From an uncultured candidate division Zixibacteria bacterium (GTDB lineage: Bacteria; Zixibacteria; MSB-5A5; GN15; FEB-12): a stretch of 64,000 bases of DNA. The DNA is taken from assembly GCA_963664195.1 (NCBI GenBank), contig OY760907.1:3040001-3104000 (forward strand), in the 5' to 3' direction. The notes beneath the pieces are model-generated. The model was not told where the DNA came from and did no database searches. It was given only the letters and a program-made list of their open reading frames with translations. The position numbers and the translations under genes are program-made. Below are positions 10,708 through 20,832 of this stretch, one piece after another; within the stretch, counting starts at the first letter, position 1, and every line of letters starts with the position of its first letter.

Positions 10708-10745
10708 TGGAACATCACTTGCGTAGAGTGATACAGTATCGGAAC

Positions 10746-10774
10746 CGGAGGGTCGTTTTCGGCCCTCCGATTTT
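10746..10774 (+). terminator. Probable terminator after the Yip1 gene
   Basis: CGGAGGGTCG-TTTT-CGGCCCTCCG-ATTTT. Confidence 0.6.
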
Positions 10775-10842
10775 CTCTCGAATTTCACCGTCGAACGGAA
10801 GTAATGAGGTAGAATCCGGGGAACACATACCTCTTGCGAATG

Positions 10843-10870
10843 TGAAACATTAGTACACGGGTTTCGTCTA
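10843..10870 (+). promoter_or_regulatory. ECF-sigma-type promoter for the tolC exporter operon
   Basis: TGAAAC-N16-CGTCTA, matching the SigW/SigM-type consensus. Confidence 0.6.
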
Positions 10871-11089
10871 GTGGGAGTAGATAGGAAAAGAATGACACCC
10901 GGTGGATCCGGCGCCTTCGGGCGCGACGCAGTACTGGATTTGGAGCGGGTCCGCCAAAACAGTTTCTCAGATATTATGAGCCTTCCAGAAACATAAGCGA
11001 GTAGTTGTCGGTCGTATGCGTAGGTATGCTTCCGGCGTGTAGCCAAACTGGACAGCCATAACCAACATGATCTTGTAATGGAGTGTTTG

Positions 11090-12478
11090 ATGAGACGGAT
11101 TGCGATGTTTCTCGTGGCCCTGTTCCTGCTGAGTACGGCAGCCGGGGCGGTACAGGCGAAAGAGCTTACGCTGGATGACTGTATCGATTTGGCCCTGAAG
11201 AACCGTGCCTCGATCATAAGAGCAAGAGGTGCTGAATCAATGGCCGGGGCGGCGAAGATGTCGGCGTTGGGTGCGTTTCTTCCGAATATCCGGGGATCGT
11301 ATTCCTACAGCAAAGGCAAGGAATCCAATATCGATCCGGCGAACGAGAGGGGAGTCGGCGATCCTTTTGTGAAATTCGATACAGTGATTGTGGGTGCGGA
11401 CACGGCCATTGATGCCGGATACGCGTATGGATCGTACGAGACGGTCGAGGAACAGGATCAAGGTCCGAGCAAATCCTTATATGCCCGAGCAGACATGTCC
11501 GTATTCAATCTGGCCAACTGGTTTGATCTGGCGTCCGCCAACGCGTCCAGAGCGCGTGCTCATCTAGACGTATTGGCCTCGGAGCAGGACTTGATCTACT
11601 CCGTCAAAGTCTCCTACTACGGATACCTTGCGTCGGAGGAGAATCTCGACGTTCAGGAAGAGGCGGTGAAGCGAGCCGACGAGCAGTTGAAGCTGATACA
11701 GTCGCGATATGATCTGGGGTCGGCGTCGCTGTCCGATGTTCTCAAGCAGAAGGTGCAGTTTGGAAATGATCGGCTGGCGCTCCTTCGTGCTCAGAACGGT
11801 GTAACGAATTCCAAGGCAGACCTGGCGTACACGATCGGGATCGACCCGCGTCAGGAGCACGAGTTTGCCACTGGCTATGCAGTAGGCGGATACGACGGAA
11901 CTCTGGACGATGCGGTGGATTTCGGATTAACGAACAATCCGGGCCTACTCGGTCAGATGAAGACAGTTGACGAGGCAAGACACGGCGTTTGGTCGGCGAA
12001 GTCAGGCTATTTGCCTACGTTGTCGGTCTACGCGGATTATCGCAAATTCAACGGCACTCAGGCCTACCCGGTCTCTTTCGATTATTCTTCAAACACGAGA
12101 TCATACGGGTTTACCGTGAGTTGGAATATCTTCGACGGGTTCTTCCGTGAACGGAGTGTCACGAATGCCAAGATATCTCACAACAACGCCCGCGCTGCTC
12201 TGGCTGACACGCGTAATTTAACTGCCAGCCGGGTGAAGACGGCGTACCTGGACATCGATCAGCTCAAAGAGCAGAAGACGGTTTCTTCGGAGAATGTCGC
12301 TGCGGCTGAAGAAGATCTGAAAATTACTCAGGAGAAGTACAATCTCGGGGCAGCCACGATTCTGGATCTGCTGGACGCACAGGTGTCATTGAAGCAGGCG
12401 CAGGTGGCACTTATACAGGTGGATTTTGATCTGAACCTGGCGATTGCAAAACTCGAAAACGCCATGGGGAAGATGTAG
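11090..12478 (+). CDS. TolC-family outer-membrane efflux protein
   Basis: Signal peptide; LTLDDCIDLALKN, YDLGSAS, YNLGAATILDLLDAQ repeats; start chosen behind a GGAG SD (the track starts at 11078). Confidence 0.92.
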   Translation: MRRIAMFLVALFLLSTAAGAVQAKELTLDDCIDLALKNRASIIRARGAESMAGAAKMSALGAFLPNIRGSYSYSKGKESNIDPANERGVGDPFVKFDTVIVGADTAIDAGYAYGSYETVEEQDQGPSKSLYARADMSVFNLANWFDLASANASRARAHLDVLASEQDLIYSVKVSYYGYLASEENLDVQEEAVKRADEQLKLIQSRYDLGSASLSDVLKQKVQFGNDRLALLRAQNGVTNSKADLAYTIGIDPRQEHEFATGYAVGGYDGTLDDAVDFGLTNNPGLLGQMKTVDEARHGVWSAKSGYLPTLSVYADYRKFNGTQAYPVSFDYSSNTRSYGFTVSWNIFDGFFRERSVTNAKISHNNARAALADTRNLTASRVKTAYLDIDQLKEQKTVSSENVAAAEEDLKITQEKYNLGAATILDLLDAQVSLKQAQVALIQVDFDLNLAIAKLENAMGKM

Positions 12479-12502
12479 GCGTAAAGCAAAGGGTCGAGAG
12501 AG

Positions 12503-13801
12503 ATGAAGAACAAAAAGGTCTTAATCATTTCACTGGTTGTAATTGTCGTCGCAGTACTGGTGACGGTCAACCTTACGATGGAAACGTCCAGCGGCGAGAA
12601 AGTGTTTGCCGAGGAAGTCGAAACGCGGGACATCGTGGAAGAGGTATCTGCCTCGGGTCGTATCCAGCCGCAAACCAAGGTTGATATCACCTCGGAGATC
12701 AACGGTGAGATCATCGCCCTCCCGGTTCACGAGGGACAGCACGTCAAGGCCGGTGATCTGCTGGTAGTGCTTGATACGGTGCAGACCGCTTCCGACGTAG
12801 AGCAGGCGAGGTATCGTCTTGATGAGATGAATGCACGTCTGGAAGGTGCCAAGGTGACTCTGGAGCAGGCTGAAGACGAATTCAATCGTCAGGAGAAACT
12901 CTTTGACAAAAACCACTCCACTGAGACGATCTTCAAGAACGCCAAGTATGCCTTCTTGAATTCCAAAGCCAGCTACGAGGCTATGCAGGCTCAGGCGGAG
13001 CAGATCAGATCTGCGTATGACAAACAACTGGATTACTTTCAGAAGTCAAAGATAACGGCTCCGATGTCGGGCATTATCACGTTTCTCGATGTGGAGGTCG
13101 GCGAAATCGCGGCCGCCCAGACTGCCTTCACGCAGGGCAAGACCCTGATGACGATCTCCAATCTTGAGGTTTTCGAGGTTGAGGTCGAGGTCGATGAGAC
13201 TGAGATCAACAAGGTTGCGCTCGGACAGAAGGCCAATATCGAAGTTGATGCAATGCCTGATACCACGTTTGACGGTCGGGTGGTCGAGATCGGCAACACC
13301 GCGGTTATGGCCGCCTATGGGAGTCAGGACCAGTCGACGAACTTCAAGGTGAAGGTGACGTTTGTCGATGCCAATCCGGTCTTGCGTCCGGGTATGTCGG
13401 CTACGGTGGACATTACCACAGAGGAAGAACTGGGGACGCTCACGGTGCCGTTCAGCGCGGTGGTGGTACGTGCGTACGATCTGGATTCGCTTTTGGCCGC
13501 CCGTGCAGGTAGTACCGCCGAAAACGGCGCAGTCCAGGCTGCCGAGGTCGACGAAGACACGGTTGCCAGGGAAAAGGACAATGATGAGCCGGAAGAGCTG
13601 AAGGGTGTATTCCTTGTGAGAGAAGGCAAGGCCCTGTTTGCCGAAGTGAAGACTGGCATTGCAGACCATAAGAACATCCAGATTATTGGAGGCGTCAACG
13701 AGGGTGACTCGGTCATTGTCGGACCGTATCGTCTGCTTCGCTCCATCAAAGACAACGCCGATATCGAGGCGATCGCAAAACCGACCAACGAGGAGAAGTA
13801 G
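12503..13801 (+). CDS. Efflux periplasmic adaptor subunit (MacA/YknX-like)
   Basis: N-terminal TM anchor, [32 protein letters not shown]. Confidence 0.92.
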   Translation: MKNKKVLIISLVVIVVAVLVTVNLTMETSSGEKVFAEEVETRDIVEEVSASGRIQPQTKVDITSEINGEIIALPVHEGQHVKAGDLLVVLDTVQTASDVEQARYRLDEMNARLEGAKVTLEQAEDEFNRQEKLFDKNHSTETIFKNAKYAFLNSKASYEAMQAQAEQIRSAYDKQLDYFQKSKITAPMSGIITFLDVEVGEIAAAQTAFTQGKTLMTISNLEVFEVEVEVDETEINKVALGQKANIEVDAMPDTTFDGRVVEIGNTAVMAAYGSQDQSTNFKVKVTFVDANPVLRPGMSATVDITTEEELGTLTVPFSAVVVRAYDLDSLLAARAGSTAENGAVQAAEVDEDTVAREKDNDEPEELKGVFLVREGKALFAEVKTGIADHKNIQIIGGVNEGDSVIVGPYRLLRSIKDNADIEAIAKPTNEEK

Positions 13802-13806
13802 CAGAT

Positions 13807-14514
13807 ATGGCGCTCATTGAGACTGAGAATCTCTGGAAAACATACACGATGGGATCCGAAGCGGTGCACGCCCTTCGCGGTGTTACGATGCAGATCGAAA
13901 AGGGTGAGTACGTGGCGATTATGGGGCCGTCCGGATCGGGTAAGTCAACCCTGATGAACCTCATCGGCTGTCTGGATACTCCGACCAAAGGTGACTACTT
14001 GCTCAACGGCAAGCACGTCGGGACTATGGATGACAACGAACTGGCCTCGATCCGCAATCGTGAGATCGGATTCGTATTTCAGACGTTCAACCTGCTGCCG
14101 AGAGCGACCTCGCTGCACAATGTGGAACTGCCGCTGATCTACAACGGCTCATCTACCGCCGAGCGCGAGGAGAAGGCAAAACTGGCCCTCACCAGGGTAC
14201 AGTTGGGAGATCGGATGCTTCACAAACCGAGCGAGCTATCCGGCGGGCAACGGCAGCGTGTGGCGGTGGCGCGAGCGCTAGTGAACGACCCTTCGCTTAT
14301 TCTGGCAGATGAACCGACCGGCAATCTCGATAGCAAAACGTCAGAGGAAATCATGAGACTGTTCGATGATCTCTGGAGAGCCGGCAACACGATTATCACC
14401 GTAACGCACGAGATGGACATTGCCAAACACGCCCGGAGGGTCTTGTCTATCCTGGACGGCAAACTTGCCTCCGACGAAGTCGTACCGGAAAACGAACGCA
14501 ACGGAATCCACTGA
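13807..14514 (+). CDS. ABC transporter ATP-binding protein (MacB/LolD/YknY-like)
   Basis: [29 protein letters not shown]. Confidence 0.95.
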   Translation: MALIETENLWKTYTMGSEAVHALRGVTMQIEKGEYVAIMGPSGSGKSTLMNLIGCLDTPTKGDYLLNGKHVGTMDDNELASIRNREIGFVFQTFNLLPRATSLHNVELPLIYNGSSTAEREEKAKLALTRVQLGDRMLHKPSELSGGQRQRVAVARALVNDPSLILADEPTGNLDSKTSEEIMRLFDDLWRAGNTIITVTHEMDIAKHARRVLSILDGKLASDEVVPENERNGIH

Positions 14515-14522
14515 GGCTGTAG

Positions 14523-15755
14523 ATGACGATGAGAATCATCGGTTCCATATTTCGTGTGGCCCTGGATGCACTACTCGCCAACAAGCTTCGTTCTGGCCTG
14601 ACCTTCCTTGGCGTGGTGATCGGGGTGACTTCGGTCATGACGATTATCTCGGCGCTTGAAGGGATGATGGGACAGGTCGAAGAGGTCATGGACACGCTCG
14701 GGCCGAGCACGTTCATGGTTGACCGGCACATGGGATTCATCACATCAGACGAACAGTGGCGTGAGGTCCGCAAGCGCAAACCGATTGATCTCAAAACGGC
14801 CGAGGCCATTGAAGAGAACTGCACACTGTGCGAGAAAGTCTCTCCGAGGACGTTTTCCGGTGCGCGTTTGAAGTACGGATCACAGCAGCTTCGCGATGTC
14901 GGCGTGATGGCCGGTACTTCGGAGTTTGTAGACATCGTAGATTTTGAAGAGTCTATTGGCAGATTCCATTCGGCCGAGGATGATTTCCATCGACGTCGGG
15001 TTGCGTTTATCGGTGAGGATGTGAGAGAGGCCTTTTTTGCGGGTCTCGATCCACTCGGGAAGCAACTCAAGGTCAACGGCATCAAATACACGGTAATCGG
15101 CGTTGCCAAGAAACGTGGCATGATGTTCGGCGAGAGTCAGGACAAGTATATCGTCATTCCTCTTTCGACTTTTGTGCGACAGTTTGGAGAGCCCCGCTAC
15201 GGTCTTAACGTGGTGATCAAGGCCGGTTCAATCGCACAACTGGAAGAGTGCATGGATGAAGTCCGGGTGATTCTCAGATCGCATCGAAACGTTCCCTACG
15301 ACAAACCGGATGATTTCGATATGCTCACCGCTGACAGCGCTATGGACATGTTCAACGAGTTTACGCGGATGTTCCGCATTGTATTGATCGGGATATCAGC
15401 CATCTCGCTTGTGATAGGAGGAATCGTCGTGATGAATATCATGATGGTGTCTGTCACGGAACGGACGCGGGAGATCGGTATCCGAAAGTCCCTCGGAGCC
15501 AGGCGAAGCCATATCATGTGGCAGTTCCTCTTTGAGTCTGTGACGATTACGTTCACGGGTGGGCTATTGGGCATAGGACTTGGTTTCATCATAGCAAGGA
15601 TACTTGTCGGTATGATCGACATGAGCATTGATCCGTCAATGATGGCCATATTTTCCGGATTGATTGTTTCGGGCGGCATTGGACTCGTCTCCGGCGTATA
15701 TCCGGCGATGAAAGCGGCCCGGCTTGACCCTGTAAAAGCGCTCAGCTACGAGTAG
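14523..15755 (+). CDS. MacB/FtsX-type ABC permease 1
   Basis: [50 protein letters not shown]. Confidence 0.93.
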   Translation: MTMRIIGSIFRVALDALLANKLRSGLTFLGVVIGVTSVMTIISALEGMMGQVEEVMDTLGPSTFMVDRHMGFITSDEQWREVRKRKPIDLKTAEAIEENCTLCEKVSPRTFSGARLKYGSQQLRDVGVMAGTSEFVDIVDFEESIGRFHSAEDDFHRRRVAFIGEDVREAFFAGLDPLGKQLKVNGIKYTVIGVAKKRGMMFGESQDKYIVIPLSTFVRQFGEPRYGLNVVIKAGSIAQLEECMDEVRVILRSHRNVPYDKPDDFDMLTADSAMDMFNEFTRMFRIVLIGISAISLVIGGIVVMNIMMVSVTERTREIGIRKSLGARRSHIMWQFLFESVTITFTGGLLGIGLGFIIARILVGMIDMSIDPSMMAIFSGLIVSGGIGLVSGVYPAMKAARLDPVKALSYE

Positions 15756-15764
15756 TGGTGGATT

Positions 15765-17018
15765 ATGATACTGACTCCGGTTGAAATACGTGATGCCATC
15801 CTGATGGCATTCTCCTCTGCCAGGTCCAACAAGTTCAGATCGTTCATGACGATTCTCGGCGTGATGGTCGGAGTAGCCTCGGTAATCGCGATGGCCTCGG
15901 TTATCGACGGACTCGACGGTGCCGTCGAGGGAGAGATTGACCGTCTTGGCAGTAACGTCATCATGGTTCACAAATTCGCGCACGATACCGATTGGGACAA
16001 CCTCTCTGATGAAGAGCGTAATCGGAAGGCGATCACGGTGGGGGAGGCCGAGGCTATTTTGCAGGGCTGTCCCTCGGTGAGCGCGGTGGCACCACGCAAC
16101 TACTACTTCCGTCAGGGGGGCAATGAGGCCAAGTTCAAGAATCGCAAATTCGACGGTCCTGCGCTGATGGGTACCTGGCCCTCGTACACAGTCGTTCGCG
16201 AGAAGAACATGTCAAAAGGGCGATTTTTCACGCCCACCGACGAGCAGTACCGGCTCATGGTTTGCTGTCTCGGATCTGATGTTGCCGAGGGGCTTTTTGA
16301 GGACGAGGAACCGGTCGGTCAGGAGATACGGGTCAACGGAGATAAATTCCGTGTGGTAGGTGTTTTTGAAAACGTCAAATCGAATTTCGGAGGCGGAAAC
16401 AGCGAAAATCGCCAGATTTGCATTCCGCTTGGAACTTATCAGAAATTGATCCCGTGGGAAAAAGAGCTTGGTTTGGATGTCCGTGCAGTCAGCTATGACC
16501 TGATTGATCAGGCTAAGGAAGAGATTACTACGGCCTTGCGGATTTATCGCAAAGTTCCGTTTAACAAACCGGACGATTTCGCTCTATCCACACAGGATCA
16601 GTTCAAGGACGAGTTTGGCACGATCACAGACGGTATCTATATCGCTATGATTATTATTACTTCTGTGGGACTGATGGTTGGTGGAATCGGCGTGATGAAC
16701 ATCATGTTGGTGTCGGTAACCGAACGCACGCGTGAAATCGGCGTCCGCAAGGCGATAGGAGCCAAACGATCCAATATCGTCCTCCAGTTCCTGACCGAAG
16801 CGATGTCACTCTCCGGCATAGGAGGGGTGATTGGCATTATTTTTGGCCTGATCCTCGGCATCCTGATAAACAACCTGGCATCTTTCCCCGTCACATTACC
16901 TGTGTTCTGGGTAGTTGTCGGTTTTATGGTCTCTGTGACTGTGGGACTGGTTTCAGGCGTGTACCCGGCCTTCAAGGCGGCCAAGCTCGATCCAATCGAG
17001 GCGCTCCGTTACGAGTAA
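15765..17018 (+). CDS. MacB/FtsX-type ABC permease 2
   Basis: [53 protein letters not shown]. Confidence 0.93.
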   Translation: MILTPVEIRDAILMAFSSARSNKFRSFMTILGVMVGVASVIAMASVIDGLDGAVEGEIDRLGSNVIMVHKFAHDTDWDNLSDEERNRKAITVGEAEAILQGCPSVSAVAPRNYYFRQGGNEAKFKNRKFDGPALMGTWPSYTVVREKNMSKGRFFTPTDEQYRLMVCCLGSDVAEGLFEDEEPVGQEIRVNGDKFRVVGVFENVKSNFGGGNSENRQICIPLGTYQKLIPWEKELGLDVRAVSYDLIDQAKEEITTALRIYRKVPFNKPDDFALSTQDQFKDEFGTITDGIYIAMIIITSVGLMVGGIGVMNIMLVSVTERTREIGVRKAIGAKRSNIVLQFLTEAMSLSGIGGVIGIIFGLILGILINNLASFPVTLPVFWVVVGFMVSVTVGLVSGVYPAFKAAKLDPIEALRYE

Positions 17019-17056
17019 CCTGCTTCACCCACCCAAGATCGACAAGCCATCCCATT

Positions 17057-17116
17057 TGAAACTTGCCCGACCCGACGGACATCATTAGATTGGAACCTGA
17101 CGGTTTTGGGGTCGTT
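17057..17116 (+). promoter_or_regulatory. Tandem ECF-sigma-type promoters for the GWxTD pair
   Basis: TGAAAC-N17-CATC (17057-17083) and GGAAC-N16-CGTT (17092-17116). Confidence 0.45.
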
Positions 17117-17151
17117 TAATAAATGATGACGGTCGCAGGCGGGAGAAAGCC

Positions 17152-18486
17152 ATGTACGAGATTACTCGCAAGTTGTTGTTTCAGATCATCGCCGTGCTTC
17201 TTATCGGTGCAACCCCCGTCTTCTCACAATTCGTCGCCCCGGTGGACTTTGGCATTGAGAACAGCCATCTGGTCGTCGATTATGCCGCTTTTCGGGCGGA
17301 TGACCCCGATCTTATCCGTGTCGAGTTCTACTATCTCATTTATAATTTCGGACTTGAATTCCGGGAGAAGGATGACAAGTTCCTTGCTCACTATGAATTG
17401 GTTATCTCTGTCGACGATGACGACGATAATCGTGTCGAGACAATTACTCGCGACAAGAAGGTCACCGTTCTGGAGAAGGAACGGACGACGTCTCGGCGTG
17501 ATTACCGCACCAGTCAGGTAAATCTCGACCTGCCGCAGGGCAAGTACAAAGCGAGCTTCCGGTTACGGGACAAAAACAGCGGCGCTGTGGCCCGGCAGGA
17601 ACTTGAGTTCAAACTCGACAAGCTGGCTGGTGACCACCCGAAAATGTCAAAAATCGAATTCGCCCAGGCGTTTAAGATGAAGGGGGAGAAGCCCGGCATT
17701 TTTGACAAAGGCAATATCGTCGTCGTGCCGTCAGTGACGAGAAACTTCGGCGGTGACGGAGGTCTTCGGCTGGCATACTATTTCGAGTTGTACCCCGGTG
17801 AGAACGCTGATTCGACCAAGTACGTTATTGAGACCAAAATCAATCACTACTTCCGGGGAATGCAGTACCGGGATACTCTCCATGTGACGCTGGCCGGGGA
17901 GACCGAACGGCAGCTTCGTGAGATATCCTTGGAGCACTTCGTACCGGGTGAGTACGAAATGGAGGTGCTGCTACTTGGGCGCCGGAATAAGAAGTTGGAC
18001 CATCTCAAGGAGAATTTTGAAATCTCGTGGACACAGGAAGGTATGTTGCAGAACGACTGGAGAGGGGTCATTAACCAGTTGAAGTACATTGCCGAGACCG
18101 GCGAACTTGACGGTTGGAAGAACATCGAGTCTCTCGACGAACGGCGTGCAGTGTTTAATCAGTTCTGGCTGGACAAGGATCCGACTGTCGGCACTGCGGC
18201 CAACGAGGCGATGCAGCAGTTTTACCACCGAGTGGCGATTGCCAATCACAGTTTCAAGATGCCGCGCCGTGAGGGTTGGAAAACCGACCGTGGAATGATA
18301 TTTATTCGATTCGGGCACCCGGATCAGATTGACGACAAGCCGTTCGATACTGACAAATATCCGTATCAGATCTGGCACTATTACAGTGATGAAGGACGCT
18401 ATCGACGGTTTACGTTTGTCGATGAGCACCATGACGGCGACTACCGCCTGCAGTACCCTTACGACGGTCTGGATCAGAGGCCGTAA
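17152..18486 (+). CDS. GWxTD domain-containing exported protein 1
   Basis: Signal peptide; FWLDKDP...RVAIAN...GWKTDRGMIFIRFGHPD...QIWHY. Confidence 0.88.
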   Translation: MYEITRKLLFQIIAVLLIGATPVFSQFVAPVDFGIENSHLVVDYAAFRADDPDLIRVEFYYLIYNFGLEFREKDDKFLAHYELVISVDDDDDNRVETITRDKKVTVLEKERTTSRRDYRTSQVNLDLPQGKYKASFRLRDKNSGAVARQELEFKLDKLAGDHPKMSKIEFAQAFKMKGEKPGIFDKGNIVVVPSVTRNFGGDGGLRLAYYFELYPGENADSTKYVIETKINHYFRGMQYRDTLHVTLAGETERQLREISLEHFVPGEYEMEVLLLGRRNKKLDHLKENFEISWTQEGMLQNDWRGVINQLKYIAETGELDGWKNIESLDERRAVFNQFWLDKDPTVGTAANEAMQQFYHRVAIANHSFKMPRREGWKTDRGMIFIRFGHPDQIDDKPFDTDKYPYQIWHYYSDEGRYRRFTFVDEHHDGDYRLQYPYDGLDQRP

Positions 18487-18498
18487 ACAGGAGATTAA

Positions 18499-19935
18499 AT
18501 GTTTCAGTCTGTGTGTTCCGCCGTACCGGTGCGGTTGGCGGTGGTTTTTTTGCTGATAATCGGTTCGGCCGTATGTGCGCAGGAGTCGGGGGGCGAGGAC
18601 CTGACGGTGCGGGGGGGAGCTATTTTCTTTGCCAATCCGGAGTATGATACCGCGGTGTTGGTGCAGTTCCCGTATACGATTAACCGGCACGAGTTTGAGT
18701 TCTTTCGACCGGATTCTCTGAGCACCAATCTTGTGGCACGGATTTTTGCCCAGATCAATTTGTACGGTGTCGACGGTATGCCGCTGGACTCAGCCAACAC
18801 ATATTTCTCCTCGCTCGTTGCTTCCGAGCAGCAGGCGAAGACCAAGGGGATCAAGCTGTTCAACAATTTTTCTCTGCTGCTGAAGCCGGGCGTGTATTCG
18901 GCCCGGCTGACCGTAGTAGACGTGGCCAGCAAGAGAGAGGGTGAATTCTTCTACGAGAAGATTGTGGTCGATCCACCGGTAAAAGACGCCCTCACGATCG
19001 GCGGGAGGACATTTGCCCACCTGATATCCTATGTGGGCGACGATGCTCCGGCCTCGGATCGTCTGGTCAGAAACGGTTATCGTATTATGGCCAATCCGCT
19101 TGGGATTTACGGCACGTCCGACAGCGTGATGTACTTCTACGCCGAGCTTTACAACCTGTCTTACGACGCAGACAATCCTTCCGAGTTCCAGTTGGAGTAT
19201 GCCTTCATGACTGAGGGCGGTGAGACTCAGAAGACGCTCAAATCAGCGAGAATGGTCAAAGGGGGCACGACGGCCGCTGTCGCAGAGTCATTTGATATCT
19301 CTGTTCTGCCTTCGGGCAATTTCTCGCTGAGGATGATCGCGACCGACCTTGCCTCCAATCAGGTTGACACACAGTTGACGGCGTTCTGGATCGTCTCGCC
19401 GTCCGATGTCCGTCAGTTGGCCAGAAACGCGATTGAAACAGATCCCTGTGATACCCTTGGGCTTGAGACTCGATTGCACCTGGTGCACTACCTGTTGAAT
19501 CCGGTGGAGCGAGAAGCGTTGAAAGGGTTGTCGGATGCGGGCAAGGAGCGCTTCCTCGCGCAGTATTGGGCAGAGCGTGATCTGTTGTCTGATAAGCCGG
19601 GAATCAAACGCCGGGAATTATATGAGCGGTACTTGTTCGCCAATAATTTCTTTTCAAACAACGCTGAGAAGACTGATGGCTGGTCGACGGATCGCGGTCG
19701 CATTTTCATGATCTATGGTCCGTGGGAGCAGCGCGATGATATTCAGGCTCCTCTCGTAGGAGAGCCGTTCGAGGTCTGGTATTATCACAGCTTCCGCGAG
19801 GGGGCGGTGTTTGTGTTCGAGGATAAACAGGGTTTTCTGGATTACACGCTGGTGCATTCCAACGTCGAGGGAGAAGTCTACAGCGACTACTGGGAGAACC
19901 GGGTCAAGTATCAGGAATACGACACCGAGTTTTAG
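18499..19935 (+). CDS. GWxTD domain-containing exported protein 2
   Basis: Signal peptide; YWAERD...RYLFAN...GWSTDRGRIFMIYGP...EVWYY. Confidence 0.88.
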   Translation: MFQSVCSAVPVRLAVVFLLIIGSAVCAQESGGEDLTVRGGAIFFANPEYDTAVLVQFPYTINRHEFEFFRPDSLSTNLVARIFAQINLYGVDGMPLDSANTYFSSLVASEQQAKTKGIKLFNNFSLLLKPGVYSARLTVVDVASKREGEFFYEKIVVDPPVKDALTIGGRTFAHLISYVGDDAPASDRLVRNGYRIMANPLGIYGTSDSVMYFYAELYNLSYDADNPSEFQLEYAFMTEGGETQKTLKSARMVKGGTTAAVAESFDISVLPSGNFSLRMIATDLASNQVDTQLTAFWIVSPSDVRQLARNAIETDPCDTLGLETRLHLVHYLLNPVEREALKGLSDAGKERFLAQYWAERDLLSDKPGIKRRELYERYLFANNFFSNNAEKTDGWSTDRGRIFMIYGPWEQRDDIQAPLVGEPFEVWYYHSFREGAVFVFEDKQGFLDYTLVHSNVEGEVYSDYWENRVKYQEYDTEF

Positions 19936-19973
19936 TCGGCATCTTAGATACCGTAGATAGTATACAAAAGCAT

Positions 19974-20008
19974 AAGAAAAGGCCACTCCATCGGGGTGGC
20001 CTTTTCTT
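19974..20008. terminator. Bidirectional terminator between convergent genes
   Basis: AAGAAAAGGCCACTCC-ATC-GGGGTGGCCTTTTCTT. Confidence 0.85.
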
Positions 20009-20027
20009 TGGTCTTTTAGTCGATTGC

Positions 20028-20783
20028 TCAGTGAGCCGCGTCTGGCAGCTTACCGTCTTCGGTAGAGGCAGAGGCACCGGGCGATTTCACGGTGCGCTTG
20101 ACCGGAACCGTGAATCTCGTTTTTGCTTCGTCACTCAATTCAAAGGTGAACGACTTCTCAAACCCCTCGGAGATCATCTCCTTGGTGATGACAATCTCGC
20201 CCTCGGCGCTCTTACCGGCCTCAATCATCTCGGGCAGATTGATTTCTGACAGCACCGAAAAAGGTATCGAGACCAGTTTGAGAGACAGGTCCTCTTCGGA
20301 CACGTTGCTGATCGTGAACTTCATCCGATCACGTACGGTTTCGCCGAACTGCGAGATATCCAGCTTGTAGGGCTTGATGATAACCGGATATGTGGAATCC
20401 GGACGGGTCACCATCTCCGCGGTAATGGTCACTCGCTTGTGCGGCGGACCTTCGTTGGTTTCAATACGCGGACGCTTGGTCGCGCGATTGGTATAGCGTT
20501 TCGTGCTGAAAATGATCTCAAGTGATGTGCTGTCACCGACAGCAAGCTCCGTCTTGGCCAGAGGAGCCTTGGTGCATCCTCAGCCAGGCACCACTTTGAG
20601 GATTTTCAGCGTATCATCGCCATCCGAATGAATCCAAAAGACGTGAGAAATACTGGAGTGTTGCGGCGCGTAACCGAAATCGAATTCGGTTTCCGGCAAC
20701 GTCATACGCGGGGCCGCGCTTACTGACGTCGCCATAACGAGCAACACTACAAAGACCGCAGTTGTGATGACTAACTTCTTCAT
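20028..20783 (-). CDS. Exported DUF1573-type Ig-fold protein; putative selenoprotein (Sec68, U-G-C-T), 251 aa
   Basis: One frame with a single internal TGA (20580-20582): ...KILKVVPG*GCTKAPLAKTELAVGDSTSLEIIFSTKRY...VTITAEMV. The TGA aligns with Cys in the neighbouring paralog and a SECIS-like hairpin follows. Confidence 0.85.
20543..20571 (-). promoter_or_regulatory. Bacterial SECIS-like stem-loop
   Basis: CAAG(G)CTCC-TCT-[GGCCA]-AGA(C)-GGAGCTTG; the apical loop starts with GG, 20 nt after the TGA. Confidence 0.65.
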
Positions 20784-20832
20784 AATACCTGCCAGCTTAT
20801 TTTAGCTTACTCCTCAATACAAAATACTCATT

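Noticed and set aside
20580..20582. Genome-wide UGA reassignment (Trp or Gly) as the explanation for the in-frame TGA
   Set aside because: TGA ends many genes here at their expected C-termini (trxB, cheW, the ABC ATPases, DUF72, LOG), Trp is encoded by TGG, and the aligned residue is Cys.
20028..20783. Two separate small genes, or a pseudogene
   Set aside because: Same frame, no other lesion, homology to the paralog across the stop, and a SECIS-like hairpin. A pseudogene is not fully excluded without seeing the sel genes.
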